This document shows positions 56,035 through 64,000 of a stretch of 64,000 bases of DNA, in pieces. This stretch comes from Candidatus Buchananbacteria bacterium (GTDB taxonomy: Bacteria > Patescibacteriota > Patescibacteriia > 2-01-FULL-39-33). Each line of letters begins with the position of its first letter. Position 1 is the stretch's first letter. Location of the stretch: positions 6,490 to 70,489 of the forward strand of contig JAUSEE010000036.1 of NCBI GenBank assembly GCA_030650095.1, written 5' to 3'. A program made the position numbers and the translations under genes. The notes beneath the pieces were generated by a model. The model made no database searches and was not told where the DNA came from. It worked only from the letters and a program-made list of their open reading frames with translations.

Positions 56035-58587
56035 TTAACAGACAAACATTTTAAGCAAAGAAAACATTAAGAGTAAGTATAAAGTTATGATAATGCTTAA
56101 GCGCCAATAATTGCTGGAATATAAATCAGCAATATAAGCTATCAAAACTATAATATAAGCAACGGCGATCAAGGGCCAAGCCCACCAAGCAAAACCGGAG
56201 CTGGATAAATAAACTACTGCTGGCAATATAATAAGTAATAATGCAAATAATCTGCTGGAACGCTTTTTAAAATTAGTTAATTCTTTATTAAACCTGTCCA
56301 CATAATTCAAAGCCATTAAAATCAAATAAATAATTAGCATAATAGCCGTGATCCACCAAGGCCAATAATTGCAGGCCTCCTGTTCACCAGCCACCTGGCC
56401 GCCGGCTACTTGGCCAGTTTGTTCTTGATTGTTACTTGGTTGATCTTCTAATTGGCTGCCTTCTCCGCTACTGTTGTTATTACTGTTTAAATTATTTTGT
56501 ATTGATCCGCCAGGAATATTTCCATTATTGTTTAAAGTTAAAACTTGATCCGGATTTGGTTCTGTTTTATTTTCCGTCTCATTTTCCTTGGGTTCTTCCG
56601 GCTTGACTGCTGGAGTAACAAAAGTATAACTCAAACCGACCGTATCGGGAGAAGCGTGCGAAATAACCCTGTAATAATATAAAGTGCTGGGAATTAAATC
56701 GGTTAATTCCACTTGATGCGCTGTAACCATATTTAAATCGTCAATCGTAGAATGAGCATAGCCGTAATTAGGCGGATTGCTATAATCAAAACTGTGTGGC
56801 TCGTTTTCTGTTGCATAAATCACCCGGCTGGTTGAATAATAGTTTGTTTGCCAGGTAATTATAGCCGAGGTTCCGCTAACTTCAACATTTGATGATTCAT
56901 TATAAATAGTCAAACCTGGCGGTATGCCACCCCCGCCACCGCCGCCAGAAAGAATAATCGTCTGCCCGTCACAGGTCAAATTACAATGACCCCCTGTGCC
57001 ATTTAAGTCTCCGTCATCACAAACTTCATCTTCTTCAATTTCCCCGTTGCCACAAACTGCCGGCTCTTCACTGTTGTAATAATTAACAAAATTATTATTA
57101 GACGAAACAGTGGAAGTGCCGATTAAATTAACCGCGCTGGGAGCAGAAAGTTGAACCCAATCAGCTACCAAATCTTCTGTCAGCTGATAATCACCCGCAG
57201 TTAAATTGTTAAATTCAAAGTAGCCCAAACTATCGGTAGTGGTAGAATATAGCGAAGTGCTAGTGTTTTGACTGATAAAAAGATTAATAATCCAACCACT
57301 TACTCCAAGCCAATCATCAGTCGTGCTGGCCACACCGTCATTATCTTGGTATTTGTAGCCGGAAATAATATTATTAGCTGCTGGTTCTTCAAGAGGCAAA
57401 TAATTAGCAAAATCAAAATTAGTTAAATTTTCCCCTTCGGCTAAACTGACTTGATGCAGATTGCCCACAGGCCAAACTTGTGTATATGGTTGTTTTTCTA
57501 TATTGGCACCTTCGGCTAACGTATAATTGCCAACCGACAAACCGGCAAAAGAATAACAACCGTTTTCATCGGTAATTTGAGTGTCGCTGAAATCGCCAGC
57601 CAAAACTATGCCCCAACCGCTAAGTTTGGGCTCGTCTTCATCAATTAAACCATTGTTATTTACATCGCTGTATTTACAGCCGGAAATTGAACCATATTGA
57701 TTACAGACGGTAAAAGCTATTTGATCGTAAATACCAGAAAGGTCATCGCCGTTATCAGTGTGGTAATATTGGGCGCCGGTAGTGTTGGCGATATTTTGCA
57801 ACATAGTTTCATTAATCTCGCCGGCCGTACCTAAACCGATAGTAAATATTTTATAACCCAAGGCGGCCGCTTCAACAGCTTTAGCTTCGGCATAAGCCAC
57901 ATCAGCTGGATTCTCACCCGTGCCATCGCCATTAGGCTTATTGGCTTTGCCGTCGGTCAAAAGGATCATGGCTTTAACCGCTTGAGGGTTGGTTCTGTCA
58001 GAACCAAGTTCAGCGCTGGAAAATTCAATCGCCTCACCGATATTGGTCGCGCCACCCGTAGTCAAGCCATCAATAGCCGATTTGGTGTCAAGATGATTGC
58101 TGGAAAGTTGTTTGACCAAGCTGGCTGAGTCATTGAAAGCAAGCAAGGCTGACTGGTCGTTTGGCCCTGTATAATTGAGAAAATCTTTAGCCGCAACTTT
58201 GGCGGATTCTATTTTACTAAGAGTGGCTGGCGTATAAACCGGAGGAGCTTGGCAAAATTCATCAGAACTTAGGCACCGGCTATTGCACGCGCTTTGAGTC
58301 AAACCCAACTCAGTGTGATCCACCCATTGATAGGAATCACCCACGAAGTCCAGATAAGTCCACTCACAAATACTCCCATTGCCACCGTCAGTCATACTGC
58401 CAGAAGTATCAAGCACCATAACCACATCAACTGGCACTTGGCATAAATCTTGGGCGCTGACTAGAGGCACATTTTCTAAAAAAGAAAAATTAGTAAAGAA
58501 AATATTAAAAACCAAGCCGACAATACTAATTACCGAAAAGAACTTATTTATTTTTTTTAAATCCTTCTTGCTTAATAAATTTCTCAT
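56035..58587 (-). CDS. Surface adhesin: vWA + SdrD-B-like repeats + FN3-like domain + C-terminal TM anchor
   Basis: VLDTSGSM and LLTDG MIDAS motifs, two ISGxKYxD...TDxxGxYxF units, SAIITWQT...YYYRV, C-terminal TM helices. Confidence 0.88.
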   Translation of the reverse strand: MRNLLSKKDLKKINKFFSVISIVGLVFNIFFTNFSFLENVPLVSAQDLCQVPVDVVMVLDTSGSMTDGGNGSICEWTYLDFVGDSYQWVDHTELGLTQSACNSRCLSSDEFCQAPPVYTPATLSKIESAKVAAKDFLNYTGPNDQSALLAFNDSASLVKQLSSNHLDTKSAIDGLTTGGATNIGEAIEFSSAELGSDRTNPQAVKAMILLTDGKANKPNGDGTGENPADVAYAEAKAVEAAALGYKIFTIGLGTAGEINETMLQNIANTTGAQYYHTDNGDDLSGIYDQIAFTVCNQYGSISGCKYSDVNNNGLIDEDEPKLSGWGIVLAGDFSDTQITDENGCYSFAGLSVGNYTLAEGANIEKQPYTQVWPVGNLHQVSLAEGENLTNFDFANYLPLEEPAANNIISGYKYQDNDGVASTTDDWLGVSGWIINLFISQNTSTSLYSTTTDSLGYFEFNNLTAGDYQLTEDLVADWVQLSAPSAVNLIGTSTVSSNNNFVNYYNSEEPAVCGNGEIEEDEVCDDGDLNGTGGHCNLTCDGQTIILSGGGGGGGIPPGLTIYNESSNVEVSGTSAIITWQTNYYSTSRVIYATENEPHSFDYSNPPNYGYAHSTIDDLNMVTAHQVELTDLIPSTLYYYRVISHASPDTVGLSYTFVTPAVKPEEPKENETENKTEPNPDQVLTLNNNGNIPGGSIQNNLNSNNNSSGEGSQLEDQPSNNQEQTGQVAGGQVAGEQEACNYWPWWITAIMLIIYLILMALNYVDRFNKELTNFKKRSSRLFALLLIILPAVVYLSSSGFAWWAWPLIAVAYIIVLIAYIADLYSSNYWRLSIIITLYLLLMFSLLKMFVC

Positions 58588-58601
58588 ATTTTTTCTAAAA
58601 A

Positions 58602-59528
58602 TTATACCGCTTGGCCACCTATTTTATTTTTTCTTTTATGGCCAATAATTAAAAAGATTACTACTAGAATAGCAACTATAACCAAACCTAAAGGCACAGA
58701 AACCCAATAATTGGTTAAATTAATGTCATAGGCGCCCAAAACCGAGCCGGAAACAATTGAGAATTTGAAATTTTGGGAAAGAATGGCTTGGCCATTATGC
58801 AAGAATTCTATTTCCGCCAAATATTTGCCATCAGCTAAACCAGTGGTAGGAATTTTTAAGGCCGAAATTTCGTGTTGAGCCAAAGACCGAACCGGATCGT
58901 CACCATCTGGATAAGGGAAGATGGCATTATAGACCGTCTGATCAGCTTTTCTGATACGGAATTGGATTTGGGGCTTCAGAGCCACATTGCTTTGATTGTC
59001 ATAGATAAAACGCACGGACAGATTTTCCCCGCTCTTGACATCAAAAGTTTCCGGAATAACCGAGACGAGCAATTTGATTGTTTCTTTGTCCGTCACTTTA
59101 ATCTTCACTTCACGGTTTATTTTCTGCTCCACTGAAACAGAAGATTCATTTTTATTTTCACTTGGCGTACCAACTTTTTTTCCCGCGCCAACAAAGCCAA
59201 TGTAGTCGCCGTTAGCCGTATCTTGAGGCACGCTAAAAACCACCACGATATTGGCTTGACCATCTTTTTCCAATGAAAAACTTTCTATCGGATTTTTCAA
59301 ATCGCCGGGCAGATAAAATTTCGTCCAGCTGGCAGTCTGACCTTCAACTGAAAGCTTTACTTCCACATTCTCGCCATCATTGTTGATAATAATCAAAGTC
59401 TCTTGAAACTCACCACCCCTAAGAGCATTATCAATGATAATCGGATTGGTAGTTTGGCCGATAGCCAACACAATCATAGGCAAAGCCAAAAAAAGTCCGA
59501 TAACTCCAAAAATAAGAGTTCTTTTCAT
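58602..59528 (-). CDS. Secreted two-Ig-domain protein with C-terminal TM (DUF916/DUF3324-like architecture)
   Basis: Signal peptide MKRTLIFG..., two beta-sandwich regions, C-terminal TM and basic tail. Confidence 0.65.
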   Translation of the reverse strand: MKRTLIFGVIGLFLALPMIVLAIGQTTNPIIIDNALRGGEFQETLIIINNDGENVEVKLSVEGQTASWTKFYLPGDLKNPIESFSLEKDGQANIVVVFSVPQDTANGDYIGFVGAGKKVGTPSENKNESSVSVEQKINREVKIKVTDKETIKLLVSVIPETFDVKSGENLSVRFIYDNQSNVALKPQIQFRIRKADQTVYNAIFPYPDGDDPVRSLAQHEISALKIPTTGLADGKYLAEIEFLHNGQAILSQNFKFSIVSGSVLGAYDINLTNYWVSVPLGLVIVAILVVIFLIIGHKRKNKIGGQAV

Positions 59529-59671
59529 AAATTTTAAAGTTATTTTTATATTAAGTGAATACAATAATTATCACCACTCTAATCCTGTTGATTGGTTTTG
59601 TCAAGAATAATTGAAGATTTTTGTCAAGAGCATAAAAAAGACCGCAATTTATACTATTTAAATTTTCTTTT

Positions 59672-61096
59672 TCACTGATTACAAGTTAAATGCGGAGCTT
59701 TTTCCGCGCTAAGAATCACAGAGCCAAAATAACCACTGCCTTCGTGAATAGATGGGAACTTGAAAATATTAATAGAAAAATCAATTTTATTAGTCTCGGA
59801 CAAATTCAATGGATTATCTAAAATCGTTGCGATTTCCGGCCAATAATTTTTATAACCAACCAAATCGCCTAAACGAGCCCCATAACTGACATTCCAAACG
59901 GAGTCAGTCTGGCCTAGCCCCATATCGTCTTGTTTTATTTTTATAAACAAGCGGGTATTGCCAATATTTCTAATTGAAGCCAAACTATTGCCCCAAACAA
60001 GATCGCCGTTGATAATCTTAGTATTATTTAATCTGACACTGCCATATAAAATATTGGCGAAATCTGTTTCGAAAGCAGTCAGAGTCAAATATTCAAATTT
60101 ATTTTCCAAAATGCCGACCAGACCGCTGGTGTCTTGAGTTGTTATCAGAGCGCGATAATCACCTGACGGGTCTTCATAAGATAAGGTTTTTTCACCGCAA
60201 TAAACATCAGCGGTTTCTTGTTTGAGCTCGCCATCTTGCGCGCAAATTTCTTCATAGGTATAAGGCACTAGTACGGAATTGAAAGTGACCAAATTATTGT
60301 TGCTATTTTTTATAGTATTACAAAAAAGTTCATAGCCAGCATTTTGAGACAGCTTTTGCAAGTTAAACTTATCACCCGCCAATTGACCACAACCCTGTCG
60401 ATCAGCTTCATGATTTAGGCCTAGAGCAATATCTGGGGGATAAAAAACCTCACCATAAACACTGTTTATATCATTAGCGCCGTCTGGATCACTGACAATA
60501 GCGCAGACTTTAATGGTTTTACCGACCTGATATTGTCCGGAAGGCAAAAATTGAGCGCCAGCATCTAGCGCCTCATCAAGACCGTCATCAATCATCTCCC
60601 ATTTAGCTTTAACTATCGGTTTAGAGCTGTCACTATCTTGTCCGCCGCTTAGAAAGCCGATATTTAAGGTAAAATTCATGGTCTTGCCTTGATACTGATT
60701 ACCAGCGGCATTATCAAAAGAGATAGTAAAATCATATTGCTTGGTGGCGCCAAACGCCAAATCAGACAAATAAGTTTCTTCAGCGTTAAAAAATTTGGCT
60801 AAAGTGCCGGCATACAGCGTAGCGCCATTTTCTTTGACCGTTAAATTTATGACATTAGCCAAATGGTTTAAATCAATTTCAGCCGAGGCGCCGATAATTA
60901 CTTTTTGAGTCATAACACTGTTATTGGTCACTTTTATCCAGCGTGTCTCTAAATTCCCCGGCACAAAATTAAGATTGGAAAAAAGCGGAGTCATTTGAAA
61001 CTCAACTGCTAAATCACCAGTAGCCTTCGCCGGAAAAACCGCAACCGAAGATACGGCTAGAACTACAACTAAAATGACTAATAATTTTTTCAACAT
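59672..61096 (-). CDS. Secreted protein: TasA/CalY-like domain fused to a paralog of 62776-63867
   Basis: NFVPGNLETRWIKVTN...FDNAAGNQYQGKTMNFTL, then PIVKAKWE...APHLTC collinear with the 363-aa protein. Confidence 0.75.
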   Translation of the reverse strand: MLKKLLVILVVVLAVSSVAVFPAKATGDLAVEFQMTPLFSNLNFVPGNLETRWIKVTNNSVMTQKVIIGASAEIDLNHLANVINLTVKENGATLYAGTLAKFFNAEETYLSDLAFGATKQYDFTISFDNAAGNQYQGKTMNFTLNIGFLSGGQDSDSSKPIVKAKWEMIDDGLDEALDAGAQFLPSGQYQVGKTIKVCAIVSDPDGANDINSVYGEVFYPPDIALGLNHEADRQGCGQLAGDKFNLQKLSQNAGYELFCNTIKNSNNNLVTFNSVLVPYTYEEICAQDGELKQETADVYCGEKTLSYEDPSGDYRALITTQDTSGLVGILENKFEYLTLTAFETDFANILYGSVRLNNTKIINGDLVWGNSLASIRNIGNTRLFIKIKQDDMGLGQTDSVWNVSYGARLGDLVGYKNYWPEIATILDNPLNLSETNKIDFSINIFKFPSIHEGSGYFGSVILSAEKAPHLTCNQ

Positions 61097-61126
61097 ATTT
61101 TTGGCTTTTGTTTATTTAACACTGCC

Positions 61127-62668
61127 TCAATCACTGCCATCACCATCAGGCACAGGCGTAACCGGTGCCACTTCCGCTGATTTATTGGTAATAGCCAGTA
61201 GCGATTCGTCAACTAGCTCTGCCGGCGCTTGATCATCTGAAGATTCTGAAACTGACGGATTTTCTGCTTCGTTTTCGGACAAGTCGGATTCTTCGCTAGT
61301 AGGCGAATCAGGATTATCAATAACCACCTCTGTATCCAGCGGATTATTTTCGTCAGCAGTTTCTTCTACTGGCTCATTCTCCTGAATTATTTCTTCGGTG
61401 GTAGTTGCAGTTTCATCTATTAATGGTTCTTCAATTATTATGGGCTCTTCAATTATAAGTCCATCTTCCTCGGCAAAATTGGAAGCGCCCGGAGTGCCTC
61501 TTTCTGTTCTTCCTACATCCCAATACAAAACAGTTGATGAAGCTTCAATATAAGTATGCCAATTAGCGGCTAAAACACCGTCACGGGGAAAATTATTTCT
61601 GGCCATAGAATAGAAATTCGTTGAACTGCCGTTAAGCGTCGCGCCACTGCCGTCACCAGCCGTGTCTATCAAATTAGCGCTAGCCAGCCAACTATCTTTA
61701 TAAAGCCTTATCTTTAAATCGGTATCTCTTAAAACTAAATCGCTATTTACCAAATCCGGAATCACGCTGATACTGGAGGACGCTTCAGAATAATTGCTGA
61801 TTAGAAAAAAGCTATTAGCCGGAATGACTTTTCCGTTGGGTATGGTAATCATTAAATTTTCGGTATTACTAGCGCCAATAAGATTAGTTAATTGCCAGCC
61901 GCTGATATCAATATTATAGTTGGTCGTATTGCGAAGCTCAAGCCATTCGTCAGCCAAATCGCCATTTGAGCCCATCCACATCAATTCATTGATAATCACA
62001 TCGTCAGCGACCACGGTGGGAGAAAAAGACGGGTCTTCCAGCCACTCACCAGCCGTAATAATTACCGAAACGGTTTTAGTGTCAGAAAAACCCAAAGTAG
62101 CATCAACAAAATCAGTTTGCCAGCCAGTAAAAACCAAGTCAAATTGGCAAGACTTACCAATTAATAATTGATCGCTGTAAACAAGACGAACTTCCAAAGA
62201 AACAGCCGGTAAAATAGAAAAAGAACTGGTGGCAGACACATAAGAAGAGAGGGGCATAAAAACGCCTGAAATATTGTCTTTTAATTCAAGAGCACCGCAA
62301 AAAGTACTAGTTGCCACATTAGCTATTTGGACTTGGTAGATAAAATCCAAAGTACCGGTATTTTGCATAGTAACAGTTGAGATGGAATTTTCGATTGGGG
62401 TGATGTTGGCAGAAAAATCACTGCCGGTTGCTACAAAAGAAAGAGTACCGGCCGTAAAGGCAATGCTAGCAGGTTCAAATCCATCATTAAAATAAGCTTG
62501 AGCTACTCCAGCTTTTAAAAGAGTCAAATTAGCAACGAGGACAACCAAAACAAAAGAAAGAAATTTTAATCCGTAATTGACCGCCACGCCAGCCAAAGAA
62601 AAATGTTTATTTTTCTTTTTTTTGCTCTTTGATTTATTTTTCTTGGCGCAATATTTTTCTGATTTCAT
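61127..62668 (-). CDS. Secreted protein with SipW-cognate-type signal, lamin-tail domain and acidic tail
   Basis: AQAYFND...FTAGTL signal motif. VIINELMW...EWLELRN...IDISGWQL...GTPG is LTD-like. Confidence 0.75.
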   Translation of the reverse strand: MKSEKYCAKKNKSKSKKKKNKHFSLAGVAVNYGLKFLSFVLVVLVANLTLLKAGVAQAYFNDGFEPASIAFTAGTLSFVATGSDFSANITPIENSISTVTMQNTGTLDFIYQVQIANVATSTFCGALELKDNISGVFMPLSSYVSATSSFSILPAVSLEVRLVYSDQLLIGKSCQFDLVFTGWQTDFVDATLGFSDTKTVSVIITAGEWLEDPSFSPTVVADDVIINELMWMGSNGDLADEWLELRNTTNYNIDISGWQLTNLIGASNTENLMITIPNGKVIPANSFFLISNYSEASSSISVIPDLVNSDLVLRDTDLKIRLYKDSWLASANLIDTAGDGSGATLNGSSTNFYSMARNNFPRDGVLAANWHTYIEASSTVLYWDVGRTERGTPGASNFAEEDGLIIEEPIIIEEPLIDETATTTEEIIQENEPVEETADENNPLDTEVVIDNPDSPTSEESDLSENEAENPSVSESSDDQAPAELVDESLLAITNKSAEVAPVTPVPDGDGSD

Positions 62669-62775
62669 TAAAAATGTCAACTTTATTTAGAGAGGTTTTG
62701 AGCCAAAACATTATTAGCTTCAAGCTTCTCCGAGGCGGAAAAAATCCGCCTCTGACTGTTGCTATATCATTACTA

Positions 62776-63867
62776 CTATTCTACGCAAGTCAAATGAGGT
62801 GCAGAAACTGCGCTCAAAGTCATCGTGCCAGTGTAACCGACATCTGGGTGAGTCGGTGGGAATTTGGAGATATCAATGGAAAAATCCATTTCATCTAATT
62901 CTGACAAATTCAATTCATCACCCAAGGCGGTGGTTACTTCCGGAAAATAAACGGCATAGGTAGAAAAACTGCCAACTCTGGCATCATACTTCACATTCCA
63001 TAAGCCGTCAGTTTTGCCTAGTCCCATATCATTTTGCCAAACCTGCATGGTCAATCTGGTATTACCCACATTTCTGACTGTGGCTCTGCCCTGATTTAAA
63101 GCATCCCAAGTCAAATCACCAGCAATAATCTTATGGGTGTTCAATCTGACACTGCCATAAGAAACTTGAGTGAAGTCGGTCTCAAAAGCGGTTAATGGCA
63201 AATAGGTAAGATTGTTTATTAATTTACCCTGCTTACCATTTTGATCTTGAGCAATGGCCCAGATTTCATAATCACCGGCTGGGTCTTCATAAGACAGATT
63301 TTTCTGTCCGCAATAAACAGCAGCTGTGTCTTTTTGTAATTCGCCGGTTTCGCCGCAAATCTCATCATAGTTATAACCGGTATTAAAGGTTGGTAAATTA
63401 TTGTTTGAATTCCTGACCTTATTACAAAAGAGTTCTATGCCGGCAGTCTTAGTTAATTTAGCTAAGCTGTCTTCTTGCATAAATAGGCCGCAACCTTGGC
63501 CTGATTGATCGGGCAGAGGTGTATGATCAGGTCCTAAAGCGATATTTTTTGGATAAAAGACATCAGCATAGACATTTAAAACATCAGCCAAACCATCTGG
63601 ATCTGTTACCACGGCGCAGATAGAAACAACTTTGCTTACATCCTTTACGCCTGAAGGCAAGAGCTGGGCGCCAGCGTCAGAGGAAGCATCGGTGTATCTG
63701 TTAGTACTACTAATATAATTGGCTTCCCATTTGGCTTTGACAATTGGGTTGGCGCCTCCGCTGGTGTCGGCAGTAAGACCAGTGTTAACATTAACAGCAG
63801 CCAAAACTGGGGCAATTGAAAGCGTGAAAAGAGCTATAATTGCTACAATATAAATTGTTTTTCTCAT
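62776..63867 (-). CDS. Secreted Cys-containing protein of unknown family
   Basis: Signal peptide. Strong collinear similarity to the C-terminal ~315 aa of 59672-61096. Confidence 0.85.
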   Translation of the reverse strand: MRKTIYIVAIIALFTLSIAPVLAAVNVNTGLTADTSGGANPIVKAKWEANYISSTNRYTDASSDAGAQLLPSGVKDVSKVVSICAVVTDPDGLADVLNVYADVFYPKNIALGPDHTPLPDQSGQGCGLFMQEDSLAKLTKTAGIELFCNKVRNSNNNLPTFNTGYNYDEICGETGELQKDTAAVYCGQKNLSYEDPAGDYEIWAIAQDQNGKQGKLINNLTYLPLTAFETDFTQVSYGSVRLNTHKIIAGDLTWDALNQGRATVRNVGNTRLTMQVWQNDMGLGKTDGLWNVKYDARVGSFSTYAVYFPEVTTALGDELNLSELDEMDFSIDISKFPPTHPDVGYTGTMTLSAVSAPHLTCVE

Positions 63868-64000
63868 ATTCTTTTTAATTTTAATTAATAATAAAAAATT
63901 TTCAAGTAATTGGACTTTTCGGTCCAGCTACCACCGACCTTTGTTGTAAAATGGTTACAAAACCATCTTTTTCTATAAAAAACACCCCAAAAAACAAAAT

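Overview
A 64 kb AT-rich bacterial segment using standard code 11. It most resembles a Patescibacteria/CPR (Parcubacteria-like) genome. This is an inference from DUF4012- and DUF11-type envelope proteins, SD-less core genes, PPDK/PduL/AckA fermentation genes and CPR-style palindromic repeats. Core genes are nearly all on the minus strand: tgt, three GT4 glycosyltransferases, a WcaJ-like sugar transferase, rnpB, rnhA, recJ, lepA, murJ, ackA, pduL, ppdK, a PfkB kinase, a TruB-TsaC fusion, uvrC/uvrA/uvrB, tRNA-Val and SOD. Between them sit many small accessory cassettes with their own TTGACA promoter, a strong SD and a terminator. The highlight is a four-gene ubiquitin-like conjugation operon at 44892-49483: a 785-aa repeat/coiled-coil/E2 fusion, a JAB protease, a Zn-less E1, and a tandem Ubl precursor with an internal KIKG|N site. 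A terminator-like hairpin lies in its leader. Other points: a five-gene TasA/SipW-signal/LTD/vWA surface-fibre cluster (56035-63867), a candidate unannotated sRNA right after rnpB, a palindromic repeat translated in frame inside tgt, an IS200/IS605-type mini-element splitting a REP-flanked GIY-YIG gene, a tRNA-Val 5' copy with a 106-nt D-loop insert, and tandem Cys-rich C2HC zinc-finger microproteins. All family assignments come from motif recognition by eye, not database searches.
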